From: a virus | Lineage: Duplodnaviria > Caudoviricetes | Direction: 5' to 3' (one strand) | Virus record (IMG/VR): IMGVR_UViG_3300038603_000003 | Span: 1 to 44,458 of that record | Length of the DNA: 44,458 nt | Part shown: one piece after another, positions 17,191 to 25,742 of the stretch | Layout of the letters: every line of letters begins with the position of its first letter | Numbering within the stretch: the stretch's first letter is position 1 | Translations under genes and position numbers: made by a program | The notes under the pieces: model-generated | What the model saw: the letters and a program-made list of their open reading frames with translations, nothing else | What the model was told of the DNA's origin: nothing | Databases searched by the model: none

Positions 17191-17932
17191 TACTCAGGTC
17201 AGAGAGGGTGTCGAGACAGATCACCTAGAGGCATTAGGTAATTACATCTGTGAAAAACGTCCAGATGTTATTGTCCACATAGGAGACCACTGGGATATGC
17301 CCTCTGTAAGCTCCTACAACAGCCGTAAGGCAGCAGAAGGACAAAGGGTACTGGCTGATATTAAAGCAGGTCAGGTTGCGATGGAGCGCCTCCTACGCCC
17401 ATTGAAGAGATTGCAGAAACAACAGAAACGAAACAAGAAGAAAGTGTACCGGCCTCGTATGGAGTTCTGTCTAGGAAACCACGAGGAACGTCTGCAACGA
17501 TACATCGATGCTAACCCTAACATCGACGGTATTATCTCGTATCCAGATGCTTTTGGTTTAGAACGGTACGGTTGGAATGTTAATAACTTCCTTGATCCCG
17601 TAACAATCAATGGTGTTATGTTTGCACATTACTTCTACAACCCAATGTCAGGACGCCCTTACGGTGGCACATGTGAGACAAAGCTAAAGAACATCAAGGC
17701 TAGTTTCGTGATGGGGCATCAGCAGGGACTCCAAATGGCAACTACATCAGGCAATGACGGTACGAAGTACTGGGGGATTGTAGCAGGTAGTTTCTATATG
17801 CACGACGAAGGGTACATTGGCTATCAAGCTAACGACCACTTCCGAGGTGCATTGATGTTGCACAGGGTACATAATGGTGACTTCGATCCTATGGTCATAA
17901 GTCTTAACTATCTATTGGAGAAATACCTATAG
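17168..17932 (+). CDS. Second calcineurin-like metallophosphoesterase
   Basis: IPDTQ, IGDHWDM, LGNHE, AHY, MGHQQ motifs. Confidence 0.85.
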   Translation: MKILLIPDTQVREGVETDHLEALGNYICEKRPDVIVHIGDHWDMPSVSSYNSRKAAEGQRVLADIKAGQVAMERLLRPLKRLQKQQKRNKKKVYRPRMEFCLGNHEERLQRYIDANPNIDGIISYPDAFGLERYGWNVNNFLDPVTINGVMFAHYFYNPMSGRPYGGTCETKLKNIKASFVMGHQQGLQMATTSGNDGTKYWGIVAGSFYMHDEGYIGYQANDHFRGALMLHRVHNGDFDPMVISLNYLLEKYL

Positions 17933-17940
17933 GAGAGAGT

Positions 17941-18225
17941 ATGGAACGATTGAAGTTCAAGAATGAGTACGGCGAGGAGGAGTTAGTAGCGGTGGATGAA
18001 TTCAAAGACATCCCGAATGATGAACTAAGATTGCGTAACGTAGCCAATGTTGCGCTTAACCACTTCAACGATCACGATGAAGATATCGCACTGTCGTACA
18101 TTCTCCACAATGTTCCTCAAGACGACTATCCTAACTTTCGTACCGTGCTTGTTGAGGAAGCTAAAAAGCGAGGTATGTGGAATGAGTCTATGGGAGATAG
18201 CGACATTAGTGCTAGTGTGCATTAA
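17941..18225 (+). CDS. Hypothetical protein
   Basis: 94 aa, AGGAG RBS. Confidence 0.7.
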   Translation: MERLKFKNEYGEEELVAVDEFKDIPNDELRLRNVANVALNHFNDHDEDIALSYILHNVPQDDYPNFRTVLVEEAKKRGMWNESMGDSDISASVH

Positions 18226-18349
18226 TCTGTACTTAGTGTACACCGTAAACCACCTAACCAATGCTCTTCAGAGTACTCAGGAGGCGTTAGCTGTAATTGG
18301 AAGTGCCGTAGGTATTCGTATAATCGCAGAAGGTGAGGAAGATGACTAA
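18182..18349 (+). CDS. Small membrane protein
   Basis: MSLWEIATLVLVCINLYLVY...EGEEDD, the 3' part of track ORF 18047..18349; GAGGT upstream. Confidence 0.6.
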   Translation: MSLWEIATLVLVCINLYLVYTVNHLTNALQSTQEALAVIGSAVGIRIIAEGEEDD

Positions 18350-18581
18350 GGTAATCCTAACGGTGTTCTTCGCACTGTACAGCACACCTGACGGTGTTGT
18401 TCACAAAACAGCTAAGATTATGCCAAGCTATGAGAGTTGTCTCATGGTTGTGGCTAATCCTAAGCATCCAGATATTACTGTGCTCCACCAAGAGTGTAAA
18501 CTTGTTGAGTTCGAGCACCCACAAATAATCAATAAAGGAGCAATCGGTGAACCCGACACAACTCAGGGAGCTGGTCGTTAG
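18342..18581 (+). CDS. Hypothetical protein with hydrophobic N-terminus
   Basis: GAGGA RBS before ATG 18342. Confidence 0.6.
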   Translation: MTKVILTVFFALYSTPDGVVHKTAKIMPSYESCLMVVANPKHPDITVLHQECKLVEFEHPQIINKGAIGEPDTTQGAGR

Positions 18582-19038
18582 ACCAGTTCTCAAGTACTTA
18601 GAACCAGAGATACCCTACAGCGAAGAAGCAGAAGATCTGTTAGTGATGACAGCCGCACATGAATCAAACTGTGGGTTGTACTTGAAGCAGATCGAAGGCG
18701 TTGCACTGGGTATCTACCAGATGGAACCTGCGACCGAGCTTGACATCATGGTGAACTTCCTAGAACATCGAGATGAACTGAATCGAAAGATTGTTGATCT
18801 GATCGCTGACTTTACTATGGGGATGTCTCCGTTAGGAAGTGAGTTAGTTTGGAACTTAGCTTACGCTACGGCAATGGCTCGTGTGCATTACTGGCGAGTC
18901 CCTGCCGCACTACCTAGTAAAGACGATCAGGATTACAGACGCCACTTAGCTGTGTACGCCAAGGAGTACTACAACACACAACTAGGTAAGGCAACGATCT
19001 CTGATTATTACAACGCATACACGAGGGCTTCAGTATGA
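18547..19038 (+). CDS. Putative endolysin (lysozyme/transglycosylase-like fold)
   Basis: TAAHES (catalytic Glu-Ser), ALGIYQMEPAT, KEYYNT motifs typical of a phage lysozyme-like family. Confidence 0.7.
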   Translation: MNPTQLRELVVRPVLKYLEPEIPYSEEAEDLLVMTAAHESNCGLYLKQIEGVALGIYQMEPATELDIMVNFLEHRDELNRKIVDLIADFTMGMSPLGSELVWNLAYATAMARVHYWRVPAALPSKDDQDYRRHLAVYAKEYYNTQLGKATISDYYNAYTRASV

Positions 19039-19274
19039 TGTTTACTGTGTACTCTGGAACAGATTGTCCGAACTGCGACACTGTGAAGGATTGGATGAAG
19101 AAAAATGAACTTAAGTTCGAAGAGTTCAATGTCCGAGAGGATTCACATGCACTGAACTTCCTGAAAGGTAAAGGACACGGCAGTATCCCTCAAGTGTACT
19201 TGAACGGGAAACATGTCACAGGTATAAAAGATTTCAAGAAAAACATAGCGGAAGCTATTAATGGAGGTGGGTAG
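19035..19274 (+). CDS. Glutaredoxin/NrdH-like redoxin
   Basis: CPNC active site and SIPQVY cis-Pro motif. Confidence 0.88.
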   Translation: MMFTVYSGTDCPNCDTVKDWMKKNELKFEEFNVREDSHALNFLKGKGHGSIPQVYLNGKHVTGIKDFKKNIAEAINGGG

Positions 19275-19423
19275 TGTTTATGACGAAAGTACTGATGTGC
19301 ATATGCGGAGCTAATACAGTGACCAGCTTAGCTACGCACAATTTTTGGGAAGCGGCTGCATGGTTTGTAGCCACTATGTCTTGCTGGACAGTATTCGAAC
19401 TGGAGGATAAATATGAACGGTAA
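19274..19423 (+). CDS. Small hydrophobic protein
   Basis: GGAGGT RBS, start at GTG 19274 or ATG 19280, about 49 aa. Confidence 0.5.
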   Translation: MFMTKVLMCICGANTVTSLATHNFWEAAAWFVATMSCWTVFELEDKYER

Positions 19424-19532
19424 GAGAGCGAAGATGATTCGAGAGGAGATGCTTGCACAGGGATTCCATTGGAAGCACAACAGAAGGTTGTATCGAAAAG
19501 CTAAGAAGTTAATAACACAAGGTAAGATGTAA
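19413..19532 (+). CDS. Small basic protein (39 aa), last gene of the left arm
   Basis: GGAGG RBS, MNGKRAKMIREE...RRLYRKAKK. Confidence 0.6.
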   Translation: MNGKRAKMIREEMLAQGFHWKHNRRLYRKAKKLITQGKM

Positions 19533-19554
19533 AGGAGGGGCTTTCGCCCCTTCT
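19533..19554. terminator. Bidirectional terminator at the convergence of the two arms
   Basis: AGGAGGGGC-TTTC-GCCCCTTCT hairpin exactly between converging stop codons. Confidence 0.8.
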
Positions 19555-19788
19555 CTATTTCGTGGACTTCTTGCCACGACACTTCCATCTCTTTCGTGAA
19601 ATGTCGTTAGCACAGGGAGGATTTTTACACTTCTTAATTCCTGCACTTCTGGCGCAGTAAGCGTCCCCTTTCTTAGTCCCCGGTTTCGGGGTCTTACCCT
19701 TCTGACCTACGGAACGTGTCTTCCCTTTCACAGTAACTCTAACAGCTTTCCCTTTCGCTGGTTTCTTTTTAGTTTTCTTTGCTGGCAT
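19555..19788 (-). CDS. Small highly basic protein
   Basis: 77 aa, K/R rich, AYCARSAG..RKRWKC motif; AGGAGG RBS. Confidence 0.7.
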   Translation of the reverse strand: MPAKKTKKKPAKGKAVRVTVKGKTRSVGQKGKTPKPGTKKGDAYCARSAGIKKCKNPPCANDISRKRWKCRGKKSTK

Positions 19789-19796
19789 ACACCCTC

Positions 19797-20006
19797 CTAC
19801 ACCGAGTCAATAAGAGAACCAAGCTGTACAACTTGGTATTGAACCTTCACTCCATCATACGAGTAAAGCCTCATCTCACCCGCGATGTTAACCCAAATTA
19901 GAGTATCTTGATCGTATTCAAAGTCATCTGCGGTTGGTGCTGTGCAAGGCTCCATTGGGCTTCTCTGTGTACCATTGAATGCAACACCGTCATCATAATC
20001 AGCCAT
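19797..20006 (-). CDS. Hypothetical virion-associated protein
   Basis: 69 aa acidic ORF in the late operon. Confidence 0.6.
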   Translation of the reverse strand: MADYDDGVAFNGTQRSPMEPCTAPTADDFEYDQDTLIWVNIAGEMRLYSYDGVKVQYQVVQLGSLIDSV

Positions 20007-20009
20007 AAA

Positions 20010-21110
20010 TTACCCCAAGAAATAGAATGTGTAATACCATTGCCAAACGCCTTGTTCATCTTTGTAAAAGAAATACTTCCTATTTCTTCGAGTTAGGAAG
20101 TAATTATCCCCATTGCTTAGGGCAATAGTTAAGCGTCTCGATCCCGCATTCCATCGACCTGCAAAGTCAAACACATTAAACCAGTCAACATCATCAACGT
20201 TTACTGACAAAGTGAATGCACCTGCTGCGTCTGTATCTGCGGCAATGGTTTCAGCGTTGTTAATAAATAATTCGTTAGCAGGCGTGTTTGCGTTTTTGTA
20301 AGTTGGAACCTCATCCTCTAGATGATAGATTCGCTTGTCATTGTACTGCTGTACATTTTGAATAAGATATGGAAACCCACTTACTTGATCTCCAAGCATC
20401 TTAACATCGCCATCTTCTGAGTATATTTTAACACTTAGTGATGCACCCGCAGGGATGTCTATTTCTGGAGAGTACGTAAACTGGTAATCACCGGCTGTTA
20501 CGTTATCTCTAAATATTGTGTAAAGAGTTCCATTTATTCGGAATTCCAGAACCCAGTTGGTAAGTACGCTTGACGGATCTATTTTAACAAATGCCGTTGT
20601 TGCAGTTTGTCCATCTTCATCGCCAATCGGTGGTATCACTGGAATGGTGTATTCTGGATTAGTAAGTACATCAGAGAATACGGGATTTACAGGAAGTGAG
20701 AAATCATCGCCATTGTTTAGTGGATCGCCATTGTTAACCCTAATTAAACCCGGATGCCTGTCCTTGTTGAATTCCGAAAATACAATTCTAAAGTCATCAT
20801 CAGAACCAATATTCTTCATCCTAACATTGTAGCCTGCACTATCAAGCAACCACGCTAAATCTAGCTTAAACGTGTTTGTACCGGATTGTATAGCACCCGG
20901 AGTGATTAACGTACCTTCCGAATCCTGAAACATTTCAGAATCGACAAAGCCGTTTCCTGCCGGATCTTTAATCGGCACATACCGATCTGTCATGTCCTCT
21001 ACAGAGTCTAGGATTTCTTCTTGCACAGGAGTAAGCCCCTGACCGGGGAGTGTCCCTTCGAGCGCCTTAGTGTAGTACTCAACTTCTAAATCATTTAGTT
21101 GACCGCTCAT
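20010..21110 (-). CDS. Putative tail/virion structural protein
   Basis: 366 aa, acidic and beta-rich, in the late operon. Confidence 0.6.
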   Translation of the reverse strand: MSGQLNDLEVEYYTKALEGTLPGQGLTPVQEEILDSVEDMTDRYVPIKDPAGNGFVDSEMFQDSEGTLITPGAIQSGTNTFKLDLAWLLDSAGYNVRMKNIGSDDDFRIVFSEFNKDRHPGLIRVNNGDPLNNGDDFSLPVNPVFSDVLTNPEYTIPVIPPIGDEDGQTATTAFVKIDPSSVLTNWVLEFRINGTLYTIFRDNVTAGDYQFTYSPEIDIPAGASLSVKIYSEDGDVKMLGDQVSGFPYLIQNVQQYNDKRIYHLEDEVPTYKNANTPANELFINNAETIAADTDAAGAFTLSVNVDDVDWFNVFDFAGRWNAGSRRLTIALSNGDNYFLTRRNRKYFFYKDEQGVWQWYYTFYFLG

Positions 21111-21220
21111 TTACCCAACCTCGCCTTCAGGAAATCTCTCCAAAGATCTTGCATACTACCTGTACTCCTTCCGAGAGCTTGGAGGAGGTATGCCCTCTTA
21201 ACTGTGTTTAGTTGTTTCAT
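21107..21220 (-). CDS. Small protein (37 aa, not in ORF track)
   Basis: MKQLNTVKRAYLLQALGRSTGSMQDLWRDFLKARLGK; TAATG and ATGA overlaps with both neighbours. Confidence 0.6.
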   Translation of the reverse strand: MKQLNTVKRAYLLQALGRSTGSMQDLWRDFLKARLGK

Positions 21221-21789
21221 TATACGTCTCTCTTCCACTGGCCTTTTTGATCAGGAAGCGCTCCAGTGTAGCCCTGCCCTGTTAAGTAATTCGACATTCG
21301 GTCATTGAACTGACCCACTTCGTATCCTTCAGCAAATAACCAATCCATTATAACATCGTTGTTGTTACCCTCGAAACCCTGAGTCCTAAGGAACGCAGCT
21401 AGCTTGTTGTAGTTAAAACGATCTTCTACAGGAATCATAATACCATCCCCAATAATCACAAAGGGATTGAATACCTCTGTTTGCGGTTGGACTGCATCGT
21501 TTAGGTCTATGAACTTAGGTTTCACAACCTCCGGATCATATACTAGAGTCTCCGCTGATACGAGAGGTACAAGGACTTCTAAGATCTTCTCAACAGTGGG
21601 GCTGTACACAACAGTCTCAGCAAGAACCTGAGGAACCTCAACAATCAGCTCTTTCTCCACGACAGGAGAGAACACATCCGTTTCAGATGTAACCAAAGGG
21701 ACATCAATGTTCTTAGCACCGGACGCAGGTTCTACAAAACCCATCCTCTCCCGTCCAAGACGGTATCTTCCCATCCTAGCCGCAGGCAT
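21220..21789 (-). CDS. Repeat-containing putative structural protein
   Basis: About four 22-aa VPxVxxETxV(F/Y)xPxV repeats. Confidence 0.7.
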   Translation of the reverse strand: MPAARMGRYRLGRERMGFVEPASGAKNIDVPLVTSETDVFSPVVEKELIVEVPQVLAETVVYSPTVEKILEVLVPLVSAETLVYDPEVVKPKFIDLNDAVQPQTEVFNPFVIIGDGIMIPVEDRFNYNKLAAFLRTQGFEGNNNDVIMDWLFAEGYEVGQFNDRMSNYLTGQGYTGALPDQKGQWKRDV

Positions 21790-21790
21790 G

Positions 21791-22276
21791 TTACACCTCG
21801 AAATTCACAGTGCAGATAAAATCCATATCTGTTGATGCCATGATTTCCTTTTCAAGCTTCTGGCGCTTCCCTGCTAGCATTGCGGCAAAGTTATTGTATT
21901 GATCCACTTTCTCCAATGTCTTTTGGATTAGCTCCTCTCGGTCTTCCTCCCGAGATACGGCAATGATATCTAGGGTTTTAGTTTCCGCAGTTTTATCCTT
22001 AGCCCAAGCTTCTGCATCAGCTTTCTGCGACGGCCAAGTAAGCCTCTCGAACTCAGGATACTCGTCTAAAATATCCTGTATGTACTCCTGAGACTGTGAA
22101 TTGATTCGTGCCAAAGCATCCTTACGGGCGTCTGGGACGGGATCATAGGTCTCAATAATCACAACAACTGCTGCCTCGTTGTCAGCACACCACTCGTTGT
22201 TTACACGATACAGGGAAAACCCTCTTCGAGCTATCTCATTGGTAACGTACTCGTATTTGTCGTTAAATTCAATCAT
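21791..22276 (-). CDS. Putative tail fiber assembly/chaperone protein
   Basis: YPEFERLTWPSQ..A.AW and GKRQKLE motifs seen in genes adjacent to tail fibers. Confidence 0.65.
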   Translation of the reverse strand: MIEFNDKYEYVTNEIARRGFSLYRVNNEWCADNEAAVVVIIETYDPVPDARKDALARINSQSQEYIQDILDEYPEFERLTWPSQKADAEAWAKDKTAETKTLDIIAVSREEDREELIQKTLEKVDQYNNFAAMLAGKRQKLEKEIMASTDMDFICTVNFEV

Positions 22277-23127
22277 TATGTTTTCCCTAATATCATTACA
22301 GGAGTGTTACCACCTGAGGTGTTTGCAGAGTTCGCATTGCCTGTACTTGGGAGATCTGATAGAGAAGTTTGCCCATTGATGAAATTATAAGTGATATTAG
22401 TCAAGTTAGTGTTATCAACAACAGAGAACGGATTCCTCATGCAAATGTCAGCACCATTAGCCCGCAGTTGTGGTGTCGTATCACACCAAATGCCCGAATA
22501 GTACCAACCCGGTAGCAATGACATAGCAGGTATAGAACCACTGACTGTGGCAGCTACCGAAGGATCAAGCCCTGTAGTAGATGCAATAAGAAAACCAGCT
22601 TCCCCTGTCGTAGGGTCAACATCATACAGACCAAGGTGCAGGTTGTTAGCGGCAGTTCCCGCACCTGTTGCTATTCTAGTTCCGAGCAAATCAATCTCAA
22701 CAGCCCTTGTTACTAGTATCGGTGTGTAGTAGATTCGGTTCGCAGTCAATCCTTGTGTCACATTCGTCCGAACAAAGTTCGAAGGAACCATGAACTTAAC
22801 TCCGGAGGAAAGTGTACTGAACCCGTCCGAGTTTGTCAGAACATTAGAGGGGTTTGCTTCGATGAAAACCTTCTTTGATCCTGCACTGAAGTTCACTGGC
22901 AGAGCCGCAGAGCCGTACTGTGGTTTCTCACGGACGAGGGTTGTTGCATCTGACATATAGCCAAGTCCCGACTCCCACTCACCCGCCTCGTTATCTATGT
23001 AATACGTAGACCTTACGTTTGTACCCAAAGCACTGTTGAACGTTTGTCCGTTTTCATCAGCACCCGCTAGTGTGAAGTTACCAGTGCCTGTAGTAGTAGA
23101 TGTTTCTTGAACATTAGGTTTTAACAC
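22276..23127 (-). CDS. Putative tail fiber/spike protein
   Basis: N-terminal VQETSTTTGTG..L.GA, WESGLG, VNFSAGSK.VF module followed by a beta-rich domain. Confidence 0.65.
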   Translation of the reverse strand: MLKPNVQETSTTTGTGNFTLAGADENGQTFNSALGTNVRSTYYIDNEAGEWESGLGYMSDATTLVREKPQYGSAALPVNFSAGSKKVFIEANPSNVLTNSDGFSTLSSGVKFMVPSNFVRTNVTQGLTANRIYYTPILVTRAVEIDLLGTRIATGAGTAANNLHLGLYDVDPTTGEAGFLIASTTGLDPSVAATVSGSIPAMSLLPGWYYSGIWCDTTPQLRANGADICMRNPFSVVDNTNLTNITYNFINGQTSLSDLPSTGNANSANTSGGNTPVMILGKT

Positions 23128-23318
23128 TACTTACCTCCTAGCTCCTTCTTCAGGGCTTCGAATTCTTCGGTTAGACTACGCTGAAAAGCTTTCAATGTCT
23201 CACGTTCTTTAGTGCAGTCAATGATCTCTTGCTCAACTTCTTTCAAGCGGATCATCTTCTCTGCCAGAATCAGTTCAGGAGATTTCTCCTCAGGTTCTTT
23301 CTTACTAAACCATCCCAT
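23127..23318 (-). CDS. Small coiled-coil protein
   Basis: 63 aa, AGGAG RBS, coupled to neighbours. Confidence 0.6.
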   Translation of the reverse strand: MGWFSKKEPEEKSPELILAEKMIRLKEVEQEIIDCTKERETLKAFQRSLTEEFEALKKELGGK

Positions 23319-23327
23319 AATTATCTC

Positions 23328-23729
23328 CTACAGAGTAGCAATGCCAGAGGCATTCCATCGAATTGTTATATCTGTACCATCAGGTGTCACAGGAAGCCCT
23401 GTAGCTGTGTCTACGAAGATCAAGAGTCGGCTTGTGCCCTCCACTCCTGTGTCTTGGTAAATTACCACATACTCGCTCTCATCGCCTGTTACAGAACTGA
23501 GAACAACATCATCAGCATCAATAACTCGACCAGTGATTGTCTTACCTGTTAAGTTACCACTAGTGGCCACACGAGCCGCTAACGGGATATCAGACAGGAA
23601 CTGGTCAGTCGCTTTGTTCGGTGTGTAATCAGCACCGTCAACCAGAACGCACTTTATGTTGTCAGTGTCGTATGCAATATCTGCACCCCACAGACCTTGA
23701 CAGCCTAAGTCGTAAATGTAATTAGCCAT
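23328..23729 (-). CDS. Putative virion structural protein
   Basis: 133 aa with DADDV, VVIYQDTG, GLPVTPDG.DITI.W motifs common in phage tail-associated proteins. Confidence 0.65.
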   Translation of the reverse strand: MANYIYDLGCQGLWGADIAYDTDNIKCVLVDGADYTPNKATDQFLSDIPLAARVATSGNLTGKTITGRVIDADDVVLSSVTGDESEYVVIYQDTGVEGTSRLLIFVDTATGLPVTPDGTDITIRWNASGIATL

Positions 23730-24013
23730 TATTTCTTCTTCCTAGTTGTACGTTTAGGTTTACGTCCACCTCGTTTCCCGTTATCTGCTCGGTTGGCAGA
23801 CTTGCTACGGACTCTTGTATTGCTTTTCTCGTTACTGCCACCGGAACGCAAGGGCTTCTTATGGTCAATATCTTTACCATCACCCTTCTTCACGCGACCG
23901 TCCTTGATAGCTTGGCGACGAGCTTTGTTTCTCGCCGCACGTTTCTTTTTCTGATCTGGTTTAGCATTGTACTTTTTATCGTACTTCTGCTTGCTCTTGC
24001 TGGCCTTCGGCAT
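23729..24013 (-). CDS. Small HNH endonuclease
   Basis: KDIDHKKPLRSGGSN..SNTRV....NR. Confidence 0.8.
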   Translation of the reverse strand: MPKASKSKQKYDKKYNAKPDQKKKRAARNKARRQAIKDGRVKKGDGKDIDHKKPLRSGGSNEKSNTRVRSKSANRADNGKRGGRKPKRTTRKKK

Positions 24014-25742
24014 TAGCGTCTCCTTCTGATTGTGTTCTTACGATACCAAAACCCTCTAACACATCATCTTTGAACTGACGGATCTCCTGTTCAGAGTATC
24101 CAATGTTCTCTAGTGCTTTAAGTGTTTTAGAAAGCATGGCATTCAAGCCACGAGACTGAGATGTCTGACGAACCAAGGTACCTCTTGGCTTTAACATAAG
24201 TGTCTCAGGGTCGATCTCAAAGGCTTTACTAGCACGTTCAGGAGCGGTAGATCCTGCGATACTGAACTGCGTTTGTTGCTGTGAGCGCATGAACAAACTG
24301 ATAGCGGATGCTGTTACATCCTGCATCACAGGAACTACAGTCTCTTGTATCTCTTCCAAATCATCTGAACTCATTACATCCTTAGCTTGATCTGAAGCCA
24401 TACCGGACAGTAGGGTATTGTAACCGCCGGAGCTGACGAGATCCTGAAGTTCTCTTCGAGAGCCACTGAAGTTCTTAATCAGCATCTCAGATACAACCTG
24501 CTTGTGTTGCTCAGGAACCTCTTGAACTTGCGGACTGAACATACCCTGCACTTGCTGTTTAACGTTGTTCCAAGCTGACTCAGATTGTTTAGGAGTAGGG
24601 ACACCTGCGCGCATACCATCATCTAGGATTTGCTTCGCATCGCTTAGCCTGTTAGTCACAGCAGTCTGTGCCGCGGTCTTAAGAGCCATGTTGAAGCTGT
24701 TCAGCTCAGGAGGAACACCAACAAACTTGGATATGATCAGACTGTTAGCGGCGACCTGTTGCTGAGGAGTCCCTGTTTGTAAGGTATGGAAAATATTCGA
24801 CACTTGTTGCTTAACAAGGTTGTCCCCCAGATCCTTGATGTCAGAGCGATTCAACATCTTCGTGAACGTGTCCAACTTTAGGTTTAACTCTTCTTGGATC
24901 GCGTTAACTTCGCTCCGAGATAACTGGATACCGTTGTTGTTGGCAGCCTGTCGTATTTGAACTGGCATGTCCGCCTTCAGATTAGCCACATCCCGAATAG
25001 CTTCTGTAATCATACTCGGGTCAGATAGGTCTAGCGCACTGGCCTGTTGGACAATTTGCTGACCGAGACTATTAGATGCTTGGACAATAAAGTTATCGGA
25101 GAAGTTTCGAACATCGATACTGCGCTTAGCTTCTGTGCTTCTCGCATTAGCAGAGGAAAGAGTCGCACGGTCGGTCTGTGCCTGTAAGATACTCTTGTTA
25201 GCATTAGCGATAAGCAACTTACTATGAAGCTCTTTATCTGTTAAGTCTTGGATGTTGAAGTCAGCTTCGTCTGGTGGGAGAAAACCGAAGTTAGCAGACA
25301 GAGCTTCTTCATCATTCCGACGAGACTCTTGGGCATCAAGAACCGCCTTCTGTTCAGCAGTTTGAGTAGCAATCAAACGCTCTGCTGTAGTCTTACCGCG
25401 GAACTGAGCTACACTTCGGCGAAGGTCAAGAGGATTGACCCCGAACTTCTTAGCTTGCTCCTCGATACTCCCTACCACATTGAATTCAAGCTTAGTTCCA
25501 GATACCCCTTGCCCAACTAGGGCTTCTTGCTCCTTTAGGACATTCTCCGTAGCCTTCCCTAAGTTAGCTTGCATCTGAAGCTGGGCTTGTTGTTGATCAC
25601 GTACTTGAGACCGTCTGTACAAATCTACACCGAATTGGACAGCAGACAGCGCGTCTGTAACGTCACTGCCTGTGTTAGTTCGAAGAGGTTGTACTGGTTG
25701 GATAGTAGGATCACTGACTGTTCCAGTAAAGTCTTCAGCCAT
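23976..25742 (-). CDS. Internal virion (ejection) protein
   Basis: 588 aa helical Q/A-rich protein following the largest internal protein. Confidence 0.65.
   Translation of the reverse strand: MAEDFTGTVSDPTIQPVQPLRTNTGSDVTDALSAVQFGVDLYRRSQVRDQQQAQLQMQANLGKATENVLKEQEALVGQGVSGTKLEFNVVGSIEEQAKKFGVNPLDLRRSVAQFRGKTTAERLIATQTAEQKAVLDAQESRRNDEEALSANFGFLPPDEADFNIQDLTDKELHSKLLIANANKSILQAQTDRATLSSANARSTEAKRSIDVRNFSDNFIVQASNSLGQQIVQQASALDLSDPSMITEAIRDVANLKADMPVQIRQAANNNGIQLSRSEVNAIQEELNLKLDTFTKMLNRSDIKDLGDNLVKQQVSNIFHTLQTGTPQQQVAANSLIISKFVGVPPELNSFNMALKTAAQTAVTNRLSDAKQILDDGMRAGVPTPKQSESAWNNVKQQVQGMFSPQVQEVPEQHKQVVSEMLIKNFSGSRRELQDLVSSGGYNTLLSGMASDQAKDVMSSDDLEEIQETVVPVMQDVTASAISLFMRSQQQTQFSIAGSTAPERASKAFEIDPETLMLKPRGTLVRQTSQSRGLNAMLSKTLKALENIGYSEQEIRQFKDDVLEGFGIVRTQSEGDANAEGQQEQAEVR

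Noticed and set aside
23729-24013. HNH as the mobiliser of the group I intron
   Set aside because: About 13 kb away in the structural arm, and it looks like the small HNH common in phage late regions; no evidence links them.
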